64,000 bases of DNA from an uncultured Granulosicoccaceae bacterium (GCA_964574535.1 CAZNOB010000002.1:28109-92108), one strand, 5' to 3'. Positions 38,814 through 47,125 are shown, counted from the stretch's first letter. Numbers and translations: made by a program. The notes: generated by a model not told the origin, from the sequence alone.

Positions 38814-39866
38814 CTACCTTTTTTGTAAAACAATAACTGTTTGTCGCGCGTGACCGAGCGGGATTACTTCTTCAATTTCCATGAACCGGCCCCAGACATT
38901 TTCAATGTGGCTTATGGAATGGAACGCCATTCCTCGGTAAGGCCCAACCTGGGTGTGTCGAAAACCGGTATGTCCCTCTGGCATGGGGTTTTCAAGCAAT
39001 TCGTAAAGATTTGGTATCGCTTTCTCAAAGCGTAAAAGCGAATCTGGATCTTCTGTTGTGGCTTGTTGCATCGCTGCCCAAGTGGATTCGGTATGAGCCG
39101 TGAGCAAAGCAATTCCACCTGGCTTCAAAACGCGCCTGATTTCTGCAAGCCAGCCGGTTTCAAATATATCGCAATGGGTAAATACAGAATAAGCTAAGAC
39201 AGCATCGAAATAATTGTCTTCCATTGGCAAGCTGGCGAGTGCTGGAAGGCTAATGGGCAATACTTGTTTTGGCATAAATTCGGATAGCCATCTGATGTGG
39301 CGATGGTTTAGCTCGGTTGCCCAGACTTCTGTCGCATCACTCTGACAAGCAAAATGCCTTAATACTCGTCCACTCGCTGCGCCCAGCTCAAGAGTTTTTT
39401 GCAACTCCACCCCATACTTTTCAGCCAGGACAGTTGCGACATAATAGTCTCGATATCCGGAGAGCCAGTAATATTCGTTGTGTTCGTCGGTACCATAACC
39501 CTCGCGGTCACGACTGCACGGTATTGGTATTGAATCTTTGGATATTGCGTGCTTGAGGCGCTCTATTTCCAGATGCGAAATTTCTGATGGTATGCGCCCG
39601 GAGTTGATCAGTCTAAAGTCTGCAGGGTCCCATTGACTTAGAGGAATGGCATTGACGAATGGCTCTCTATCAAGAGCATTTATAGAAAGATCGTCTTCCC
39701 ACCGTAATGGCCGGGTTGGCGCACTTTTAGAGTTACCCGGTTGCGTTTCCTTGATGTTTAGCACTTGATTTTGATGCCTCAAAGTCATTTTATATGGCCT
39801 CAATTTTTGTCCATAGGCATAAGTATAGTCAGGATAATCGGGATTTTTTCTGAGGCTTCTTTGCAC
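38814..39866 (-). CDS. class I SAM-dependent methyltransferase with unassigned ~150-aa N-terminal region
   Basis: 350 aa. Motif I is TLELGAASGRVLRHFA, followed by FDAVLAYSVFTH and LKPGGIALLTAH. Confidence 0.75.
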   Translation of the reverse strand: MQRSLRKNPDYPDYTYAYGQKLRPYKMTLRHQNQVLNIKETQPGNSKSAPTRPLRWEDDLSINALDREPFVNAIPLSQWDPADFRLINSGRIPSEISHLEIERLKHAISKDSIPIPCSRDREGYGTDEHNEYYWLSGYRDYYVATVLAEKYGVELQKTLELGAASGRVLRHFACQSDATEVWATELNHRHIRWLSEFMPKQVLPISLPALASLPMEDNYFDAVLAYSVFTHCDIFETGWLAEIRRVLKPGGIALLTAHTESTWAAMQQATTEDPDSLLRFEKAIPNLYELLENPMPEGHTGFRHTQVGPYRGMAFHSISHIENVWGRFMEIEEVIPLGHARQTVIVLQKR

Positions 39867-39894
39867 TCTTGAATGATATTGAGAGATCGAGCGA

Positions 39895-40605
39895 TTATCT
39901 TTTAAGAGGCAAGCTCAGGCCTCTGTGAGCAAGAATCCCATTGTAGATGATGTATTCGTCAGCCAGGATTTCACGTAACTGAGGTTCATATCTTTCGAGG
40001 GCCTCCTGCATGGCTTGTCGGTTCCTGTTTACATTGTTACGAAGCGCCGGTTGGCTTTTCCCTCCAAGTGCTTGTAATACAATTTGAAAGTCTTCATCGA
40101 AATTTTCTGTAATCCCTACAAAGTCAAATTTCTCAATAGCGTTGTACAGGGCTTCCTCAGATGTTGCGGAGTCAAAGGGTTTTAGATACTCCAGCGTTTT
40201 ATTCATATCGCCGGGGGATTGCATGTAGTCCTCGAACGTCGGAAATTGATTCTTAAATCCTTCCGGGTCCGTGTGCGCTTCGGAAATGCAGTAGAAATAG
40301 TCAGAAAGCGTCCGCTGGACAGGGTCCCTGAGAAACGTGATGAGTGCTACTCGTTCGCGGACCGGAGAGATAACATCAGCGATATCACGATACCGGTAGT
40401 GTCCCGAGATCATCCTCTCTTCACGGTCGAATAGTTGCGGTAAAAGTTTGATAAAACCGTCTCTGAGGTCAGCATACCCACCTTCATAGGGACCAAAGAC
40501 AAATGACGGTTTATGAGGGATCTGGTTGAAAATCTCGCCGAGTGTGTCACGCAGAGTAGTGCCAGCGGTTTTGGGTATGTGGATATTAATCAAGTGTTGT
40601 TTCAT
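39895..40605 (-). CDS. sulfotransferase (Sulfotransfer_2-like)
   Basis: From the ATG at 40605 the sequence is MKQHLINIHIPKTAGTTLRDTL. HIPKTAGT resembles the 5'-PSB loop of family-2 sulfotransferases. About 236 aa. The longer ORF to 40698 is unlikely. Confidence 0.65.
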   Translation of the reverse strand: MKQHLINIHIPKTAGTTLRDTLGEIFNQIPHKPSFVFGPYEGGYADLRDGFIKLLPQLFDREERMISGHYRYRDIADVISPVRERVALITFLRDPVQRTLSDYFYCISEAHTDPEGFKNQFPTFEDYMQSPGDMNKTLEYLKPFDSATSEEALYNAIEKFDFVGITENFDEDFQIVLQALGGKSQPALRNNVNRNRQAMQEALERYEPQLREILADEYIIYNGILAHRGLSLPLKR

Positions 40606-40844
40606 GAAGATCCCGTTGCTTACCTGAATATTTATCTTTGTCAATTCCCAAAAAAAACCTGTCTGAACTATAGTTAATAGTAGCGGTAATTTTGACAAAG
40701 TTTCGATCCACTTTGCTTTTCACTTATATTGGCAATATAAGTTGGGCTATTCACCAGATGTTAGTTCAGTGAACTGCAACGTTGTTTAGCCTCTCAAAGT
40801 TTCTTTAGCCGTTAGTATATTAAGTTGTTTTATACAAAGGGAAT

Positions 40845-41870
40845 ATGAATAAAATACTTGTTCTCGGTGGTGCGGGTTACATTGGCAGCCACACTTGCAA
40901 ACGTCTTCGTGCTTCGGGATTCGACCCTGTCACTTATGACAATCTATCTGAAGGCTACGCAGAATTCGTTAAATGGGGCGAGTTGATTGCCGGGGACATT
41001 CGTTGCAGAAGTGAACTAGATGCTGCACTTGCGCGCGTACGTCCCGCTGCCGTCATTCACTTTGCCGCCTATGCCTATGTGGGAGAGTCTGTCACCAACC
41101 CTGGTAAGTATTATGAAAACAATACGCTGGGTTCTCTCAATGTGGCTCAGGCACTTCGCGATGCAGGCAATATACCGCTAATATTTTCATCGACTTGTGC
41201 AACCTACGGCATCCCTGACGACGGGCTCATTAGCGAAGATAACGCGGTCCAGCCGATCAATCCGTATGGTAGAAGCAAGCTGATGGTAGAGCAGATTCTG
41301 CAGGATTTTTCGTCCGCCCATGGATTAAGAAGTGCGTGCCTGAGATATTTCAACGCAGCTGGAGCAGACCCTGATAGAGAGATTGGTGAAGCACATCGTG
41401 AAGAAACCCACGTGATACCACGAGCAATACTGGCGGGTCTTGGTCGTATCGATAACTTTGCGGTATTTGGAGACGATTACAGTACGAAAGATGGGTCCGC
41501 TGTACGCGACTATGTCCATGTAAATGATCTCGCAGATGCGCACGTCGCCGCTTGTCGGTATTTGGTGGATAAAAATGGCCAAAGCGACGTATTTAATGTT
41601 GGCGTTGGGCGAGGGTATTCGGTGCTGGAAATAATTAAAGCGGTAGAAGAGGAAATCGGAAACCGGGTCCCTTACACAGTGAAATCTCGTCGGCCCGGAG
41701 ATCCTCCGGAGCTGGTGGCCGCCACCGATAAGACACAAAAAATACTTGGTTTCCAGGCGCAGTATTCGGACCTGCCTGGTATTGTTCAAACTGCAGCCGC
41801 CTGGCATCGCATGAATTGGATGCCAGCCAAAGTGAGCCGCACCGGAAATCGAGTACCCAGTTTTGCTTAA
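40845..41870 (+). CDS. galE: UDP-glucose 4-epimerase
   Basis: 341 aa. Contains ILVLGGAGYIGSH (Rossmann motif), STCATYG and YGRSK (SDR catalytic YxxxK). An AAGGGA RBS precedes the ATG. Confidence 0.9.
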   Translation: MNKILVLGGAGYIGSHTCKRLRASGFDPVTYDNLSEGYAEFVKWGELIAGDIRCRSELDAALARVRPAAVIHFAAYAYVGESVTNPGKYYENNTLGSLNVAQALRDAGNIPLIFSSTCATYGIPDDGLISEDNAVQPINPYGRSKLMVEQILQDFSSAHGLRSACLRYFNAAGADPDREIGEAHREETHVIPRAILAGLGRIDNFAVFGDDYSTKDGSAVRDYVHVNDLADAHVAACRYLVDKNGQSDVFNVGVGRGYSVLEIIKAVEEEIGNRVPYTVKSRRPGDPPELVAATDKTQKILGFQAQYSDLPGIVQTAAAWHRMNWMPAKVSRTGNRVPSFA

Positions 41871-44643
41871 GCTCTCTGAAGTTTATGACTGGTTTTTTAA
41901 TCTGGATTTTGTCCGAAGTCAATATCCGATGCTTAAAGAAAAGTCTGACACAGCGATAATCAGGGATATACTCGATCCGGATAATACCTCCCCGTACGAT
42001 CCTAACCTCCTTTTTGACGGTAGTTTCTATAAGCGTAATCTCGGAAGCGGGACTTCGCTAAGAAATCCGGTTCTTCACTTTTTGACAGAAGGTGCGAATC
42101 AGGGACTCTCATCAAATCTCTGCTTTGATCCCCTGTATTATCTGACACAAGTACCCGGCCCGCCGATGTCGGTCATGGCCGCTTTGAAAGATGCGTTGTC
42201 CAGGTTGGACGGGAAGGGCACGTTGCCAGCGTTCCACCCCTTCATTAATGAGGAATACATTCGGCTTCAGCACAATCCCGGTGAGCCATCAGATTTTTAC
42301 TTACGGCTTTTTCGAGGTAACTACTTCATCAGCAAATCTGCACCTCTGGTGGACATCGCCTATTTTGGCCACAGCGTGCAGAAAGAGTTTGATAGTTTTG
42401 CAGAAGCATTCGGCCATTATTGGCAGGCTGAAGAGGATCTATCAACCCATGTTCTTTTTGAGCTGGATTACTACCGAAGCCAGCTTCCGGACGAAGAACG
42501 GGTTCGCCGCGCGGTTTACCATTACCTGGTCAGTGATCACCCTCTATCGCCACAACCATTGTTTGATCCGGGCTTTTACCTGGCTTCAACCCGGAAATTG
42601 TTGGGTGAAAGCCCAAGGCGTCCGTTTGAACATTTTCTCACCAAAGGACAAGCCGCGGGTTTGACTCCCTCGCCACTATTCGACGTCGATTTTTATCGAC
42701 GGCAAACGCATTGCGGACCCGATGCGTTACAGCACTATCTGGAAGGTGGCCACCGTAGTACCGAGGCACACCCGATGGTCAGGTTCGCTGAGGCAAGATT
42801 GCTATCAAACGCCGCACTAGACCCGAATCGTTCAACCTTGTCTCGGTTGGCGGAATCGTCTCCCGAGTTGCCGCTAAGTGTGACACCGGAATTTGACCCG
42901 TCTTACTGGAAGCCGAAGTCTGGAAAGGCACTTCCTGCGGATGCTTCTGAAATCGAGCTAAGGGACCACTATCTGAAACAGGGTTACCCGGCCGGGCTTT
43001 GTCCCAATTGGCTTCTATCAGCAAGCTACATTGCAAAACAGGCTGAGCTTGAAGATAAAAAAAACGTTAACTCCATTCAGCACTATTTTAGTCAGGGGTG
43101 GCATCGGCGCGTAGGTGTAATGATCGCGTTGCATTCTTTTCAGGACACACCGGGAAATCGGACCTGGCTGGAAATTTTGCGGGGACAAGTTGATGTCACT
43201 GACCTCGAAGTGATCGTTGTTGCACAAAGTCCCGGACCTTTATCTAAAGAGTTTCGTGATTGTGCTCATGTCTGGCAAGTGCCTAAGCCAACGGAAAATA
43301 AGTCTCATAGCGAACAACTGGAAATCTCGATCACTCGACTGAATGAAACGCTGCAAGCCAATCCCCCTGCTGTGGTGTTTGTTGAAGGCGAGTCAGATTG
43401 GCTACTTGCTATGAATCTCAAAGTGTTCGACGCACCTAAAGTTCTGTTTGGCGGCCCAAAGCTTCTGCAAGCTGAACACGAAGATGTGGAGCAAATAAAC
43501 ACCGCGGCGAACCTTGTCTGGAGTCTAGCCGGACCTGTGAGCGATCACCTCAAGCGCTTATTCGATACCAGTAACATTCAGGTACGAGAAGGCTATTACC
43601 CTGGAGCGAATGCACGGGCGATAACACGAAGCCGATTGGGAGTCGGGTCAGATGCCATTCTGGTCGTCGGTAGTGGCCCGCTGGATATCGCGAACGGTGT
43701 TGATCTGTTCGGCGCTATTGCAGCCAGGTACTACACAGCATCGGGAACGAAGCCGGATTTGTGCTTTGCCTGGCAGGGTTCGGGTCCTACACACCCAAAC
43801 ACCCCGGCGTTCTATGCCAGGTATGCCGTGGACATAGCGGCAGGCCCCGGTAAATTGCACATTCTGACAGACATTGATACGCGAAGCGTGCTGGCGGCTG
43901 CAGATATTTTTCTGCAAACCAGACGGCACCACTCCGATTTTGATGCAAGCGATGACGCCAGGGCCATGGGTGTGCCGGTATTGCGTATGAGTGACACGCT
44001 TGACAGCGACACGCAGACATTTGCACCTTATGATCTTGATGACGCTGTCTCAGCGCTGGCATTCCTGGTCGAGAATCTGAAGCCGCCGAGTATCTTTCGC
44101 ACGGGAGCACTGGCGGATACTTCAAACAATTCAGATCTCTCAAAATTTGTGCGAAGTTTTAATGAATGCACGCAGTCCCTGGGTGTGGATGTAAAGTTTG
44201 TCGAGCCAGCATCTACTACGCAATGTCAAAACCTGCTTGTTCTCACAAGTGAGAAGCGTTTAATCAAAATTAGAGAGTTCGAGCCGACGAAGCGATATTT
44301 TGGTCTGCCTGATAGTGTACGTATTTCACAAGCACAGCTGGAGCATATGGATCTGCCTGACGGGTTCAAAAACCTGTTAGTACAAGAGAGCGAAAGCGAC
44401 CTTGTCTTTTGCGCGGTCGAGACCGCAGACCTCTCTGGTCTGGCGGATAGGTTCAATCGGTTGATCGGGTTGCTGGAGGCAGGCGATTTGGATCTCGATG
44501 TGGCTGGCAAGATGAGCGCAGTCTGCGACCGAATAGCGGTGGACAGTCCGGAACTGAGTACAGCGATGGAGGCAATTAATCCTCGTAAAGCTGCAGCATT
44601 GACTTATACCAACGGAGATATCCCGTGCTCAGAAGCCTGTTAA
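41863..44643 (+). CDS. large repeat protein with degenerate GT4-like C-terminal half
   Basis: 926 aa. Residues ~12-416 are ~10 divergent tandem repeats (FD..FY...HY/HF....G....P). Residues ~417-730 are paralogous to the next gene's GT4 domain, but the EX7E region is replaced (DFDASDDARAMGVPVL). A TTG start overlaps the galE stop by 8 nt. An alternative ATG lies at 41929. Confidence 0.6.
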   Translation: MLKLSEVYDWFFNLDFVRSQYPMLKEKSDTAIIRDILDPDNTSPYDPNLLFDGSFYKRNLGSGTSLRNPVLHFLTEGANQGLSSNLCFDPLYYLTQVPGPPMSVMAALKDALSRLDGKGTLPAFHPFINEEYIRLQHNPGEPSDFYLRLFRGNYFISKSAPLVDIAYFGHSVQKEFDSFAEAFGHYWQAEEDLSTHVLFELDYYRSQLPDEERVRRAVYHYLVSDHPLSPQPLFDPGFYLASTRKLLGESPRRPFEHFLTKGQAAGLTPSPLFDVDFYRRQTHCGPDALQHYLEGGHRSTEAHPMVRFAEARLLSNAALDPNRSTLSRLAESSPELPLSVTPEFDPSYWKPKSGKALPADASEIELRDHYLKQGYPAGLCPNWLLSASYIAKQAELEDKKNVNSIQHYFSQGWHRRVGVMIALHSFQDTPGNRTWLEILRGQVDVTDLEVIVVAQSPGPLSKEFRDCAHVWQVPKPTENKSHSEQLEISITRLNETLQANPPAVVFVEGESDWLLAMNLKVFDAPKVLFGGPKLLQAEHEDVEQINTAANLVWSLAGPVSDHLKRLFDTSNIQVREGYYPGANARAITRSRLGVGSDAILVVGSGPLDIANGVDLFGAIAARYYTASGTKPDLCFAWQGSGPTHPNTPAFYARYAVDIAAGPGKLHILTDIDTRSVLAAADIFLQTRRHHSDFDASDDARAMGVPVLRMSDTLDSDTQTFAPYDLDDAVSALAFLVENLKPPSIFRTGALADTSNNSDLSKFVRSFNECTQSLGVDVKFVEPASTTQCQNLLVLTSEKRLIKIREFEPTKRYFGLPDSVRISQAQLEHMDLPDGFKNLLVQESESDLVFCAVETADLSGLADRFNRLIGLLEAGDLDLDVAGKMSAVCDRIAVDSPELSTAMEAINPRKAAALTYTNGDIPCSEAC

Positions 44644-46580
44644 GTCAGCCTCAGCCCTCGCACATGCAAGAAATCGACAGTGATGAAGTCATAACCGAGA
44701 CACTTGCTGTTTCCAATGCAGTCGATAGGCCGTACTACCTTTCAAATAATTCAGATGTAGCACTGGCGAAGATTGATCCCTTATTGCATTTTTATCTCCA
44801 TGGGGCCGCCGAAGGACGCCTGCCCAACCCCTGGTTTACAGAAGGCTATATTCGAAGCAGCCTGCATCAGACATCATTCTACGAACAGTCCATTCCGAAC
44901 GCCTACGTTGACTCCGGCTTGTATGACAAGCCGAGATTGATTTTTGTCAGTCACGATGCCTCCCGTACCGGTGCACCGGCTATTATTCTGCAGTTGCTTG
45001 AGCTGTTCAGTCAGGGTGGTGCTTTTGAATGTTTTTCGATTCTGGATGATGGCGGTGAGCGTTTGTCCGAGTTTCAGGCTTTGTCCCATACCCATGTTAT
45101 GTCCCGGCATCGATATGACACAACTTTTTCAGAAGAGGAAGCTACACTGGAGTTAGCGGCTCTGTTCGATCCCAACGGATTGTTTAAAGATAATGCCCCA
45201 GTTTGCGCATTGGTGAATTCTGCTGAGTCCATTCGTATCGCGCGAATTCTGGCGAAGACCGGCGTTCCCATAATCTCTTTGATACATGAAATTGCCGCTT
45301 ATTATCCATCCAGAATTTTCACAGAGTTCGGCAACCTGTCGGAGAAAGTTGTATTTCCGTCCGAGTTCGTCAAGGACGCCGCAGAGTGTTTTTCAGACAT
45401 TCAGAGCGACAAAATCCACGTACGAGGACAGGGCCTTCTGACCGACGGTTTCGGTTCAGCGGAGCGCGATAACTGCCGCAAGCTGCTTCGAGAAGAGTTG
45501 GGAATCGAGCAGGACGCCGTTATTGTTCTGAATGTGGGTACTATGGATCTTCGAAAAGGTGGTGATTTGTTTGTCGAGACAGCAAAAATCTGCCTGCAGC
45601 GGCTCCCTGAAGGGTCACCGTTGTACTTTGTGTGGTATGGAAAATCAGATGTAAACTTGAACTATCCCCATGAGATCGTTCAGCAGTACGGGCTCGAGGA
45701 GCATATCCGATTTATGCCGGCTACGCCGGAGATAGAGCAGGTGTTTATGGGGGGGGATATTTTCCTGTTGACTGCCCGGGCGGATCCGTTTCCCTGTGTC
45801 ATTCACGAAGCAATGGCTTGCGGACTTCCAGTTGTGGCTTTCCGAAATGGTGGTGGTGCACCGGAACTCATTGGTGATGATTGCGGGCAGGTAGTAGAGA
45901 TGATGAACCTGAAGGCCATGTCTGACGCTATCTTCATTTATATGAATGATCCGGAGATTCGCCGAACTCACGCCAGAAACGCCATCGCAAAAATTGCCCG
46001 TAGCTGGGATTATCGAAGCTATCAGAATGATCTCTACACACTAATGCAAAGCTGTGTTTCTGCGCCGAAATCAGGCTGGCCAGAACTGCTGCAACCGTGG
46101 TCACCGGAGAAACTGATCATCATGCATGGGTCGCAGAGCGATTTGCAGACCTTTGAAAAACTGATTGACGGGAGTGCAGGTTCACTGGATATTGCATTGA
46201 TAAATGGTCGTTTTGACGTTGATACAGAATCTATTGCTGCTCGTCTCCGACAACTTGAGCATCGTACCCGCCACTTCCAGCCGGAAGAGGATACACCTGA
46301 GGATCGGGCGGCGGTCGTGGTAAAATTGTTGAAACAGCCGAATATTCGGGAAGCTGTACTGGTTGATGTGATTCAGTACATCCTTCCTTCTCAGCTTAAA
46401 ACCCTTGATTATCCGGTCCACGTTGTGCAAACGGAAATGTCTCCTAACGACGCAAATCTGCATCTCGTCCTGCCTTATATCGCAAGCTTGACACTGAAAG
46501 ATGGAAAAAAGATCAACCTGACGTTTGAAGAGAAAAACCAAAAAACCAAATTATCACCGAAGATTCATACTATTGCTTAA
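44625..46580 (+). CDS. glycosyltransferase family 4 (GT-B, group 1) with N-terminal repeat unit
   Basis: 651 aa. Contains RLIFVSHDASRTGAP, VLNVGTMDLRKGGDLF and GDIFLLTARADPFPCVIHEAMACGLPVVAFRNGGGAPELI (EX7E-type motif). The N-terminus carries one copy of the repeat seen in the previous gene (DRPYYLSNNSDVALAKIDPLLHFYLHGAAEGRLPNPWF). An alternative ATG lies at 44664. Confidence 0.85.
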   Translation: MLRSLLSQPQPSHMQEIDSDEVITETLAVSNAVDRPYYLSNNSDVALAKIDPLLHFYLHGAAEGRLPNPWFTEGYIRSSLHQTSFYEQSIPNAYVDSGLYDKPRLIFVSHDASRTGAPAIILQLLELFSQGGAFECFSILDDGGERLSEFQALSHTHVMSRHRYDTTFSEEEATLELAALFDPNGLFKDNAPVCALVNSAESIRIARILAKTGVPIISLIHEIAAYYPSRIFTEFGNLSEKVVFPSEFVKDAAECFSDIQSDKIHVRGQGLLTDGFGSAERDNCRKLLREELGIEQDAVIVLNVGTMDLRKGGDLFVETAKICLQRLPEGSPLYFVWYGKSDVNLNYPHEIVQQYGLEEHIRFMPATPEIEQVFMGGDIFLLTARADPFPCVIHEAMACGLPVVAFRNGGGAPELIGDDCGQVVEMMNLKAMSDAIFIYMNDPEIRRTHARNAIAKIARSWDYRSYQNDLYTLMQSCVSAPKSGWPELLQPWSPEKLIIMHGSQSDLQTFEKLIDGSAGSLDIALINGRFDVDTESIAARLRQLEHRTRHFQPEEDTPEDRAAVVVKLLKQPNIREAVLVDVIQYILPSQLKTLDYPVHVVQTEMSPNDANLHLVLPYIASLTLKDGKKINLTFEEKNQKTKLSPKIHTIA

Positions 46581-46755
46581 GAAGGTTTTCGTGTGTCCCC
46601 AGGGTTCAGGCAAATCACCTTTGGCAATTGTCCTCTGAATTCTCTGGTCGGTGTTGTAGCGTACACCGCTTGAACTCAAGCATTGTCGTTCGGGGATGAG
46701 CTTATCGATGAGTACGATCCCACCAAGTACTTATCGAACCTCTGTCTAAGTTGAT

Positions 46756-46933
46756 CTGGTGGGCTGTGTGGAAAGTCAGTAACACGGCTCGAAGCCACAG
46801 CGCCATAGCGGCGTTGCTATCATTGATAAAGCCTGATTCGACACAGTCCCTGCTATACCTGCATGTTTTCGCCTTGCTCTGACGACTGTGGGTGTGAAAA
46901 GTTAGTTACTGAACTTCCCACACAGCCCACCAG
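46756..46933. repeat. MITE-like element bounded by 28/29-bp imperfect inverted repeats
   Basis: The left arm is CTGGTGGGCTGTGTGGAAAGTCAGTAAC (46756-46783). The reverse complement of the right arm (46905-46933) is CTGGTGGGCTGTGTGGGAAGTTCAGTAAC. The first 16 nt are identical, followed by one substitution and one indel. A third, direct copy of the inner motif (GTGTGAAAAGTTAGTTAC) lies at ~46892-46909. There is no ORF inside and no clear target-site duplication. Confidence 0.6.
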
Positions 46934-47125
46934 TGTGAATTATTCATGAGGATTCGGCGTTCAGAGGAAATCTGACTAAACAGTCGGCCAGTCGTATGAG
47001 AAACGAGGCTAGCCAGGGTGCCGGGGAGGATGGGCCGAGATGTGACGCCGGATTTTCTTCCGGCGTCGAATAGACACACCTAATAGCGATAACTTACCAG
47101 ATAGCCTGTGGGCAAAGTGAATTGG

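Noticed and set aside
41325-41807. 160-aa minus-strand ORF inside galE, together with similar long antisense or alternate-frame ORFs inside the 926-aa gene (for example 42191-42664)
   Set aside because: They overlap well-supported genes in other frames and have no motifs. They are shadow ORFs.
47044-47067. Strong 9-bp GC hairpin GACGCCGGA/TCCGGCGTC downstream of the PilZ gene, considered as its terminator
   Set aside because: There is no U-tract after the stem on either strand. I kept it as a note under the MITE finding rather than calling a terminator.
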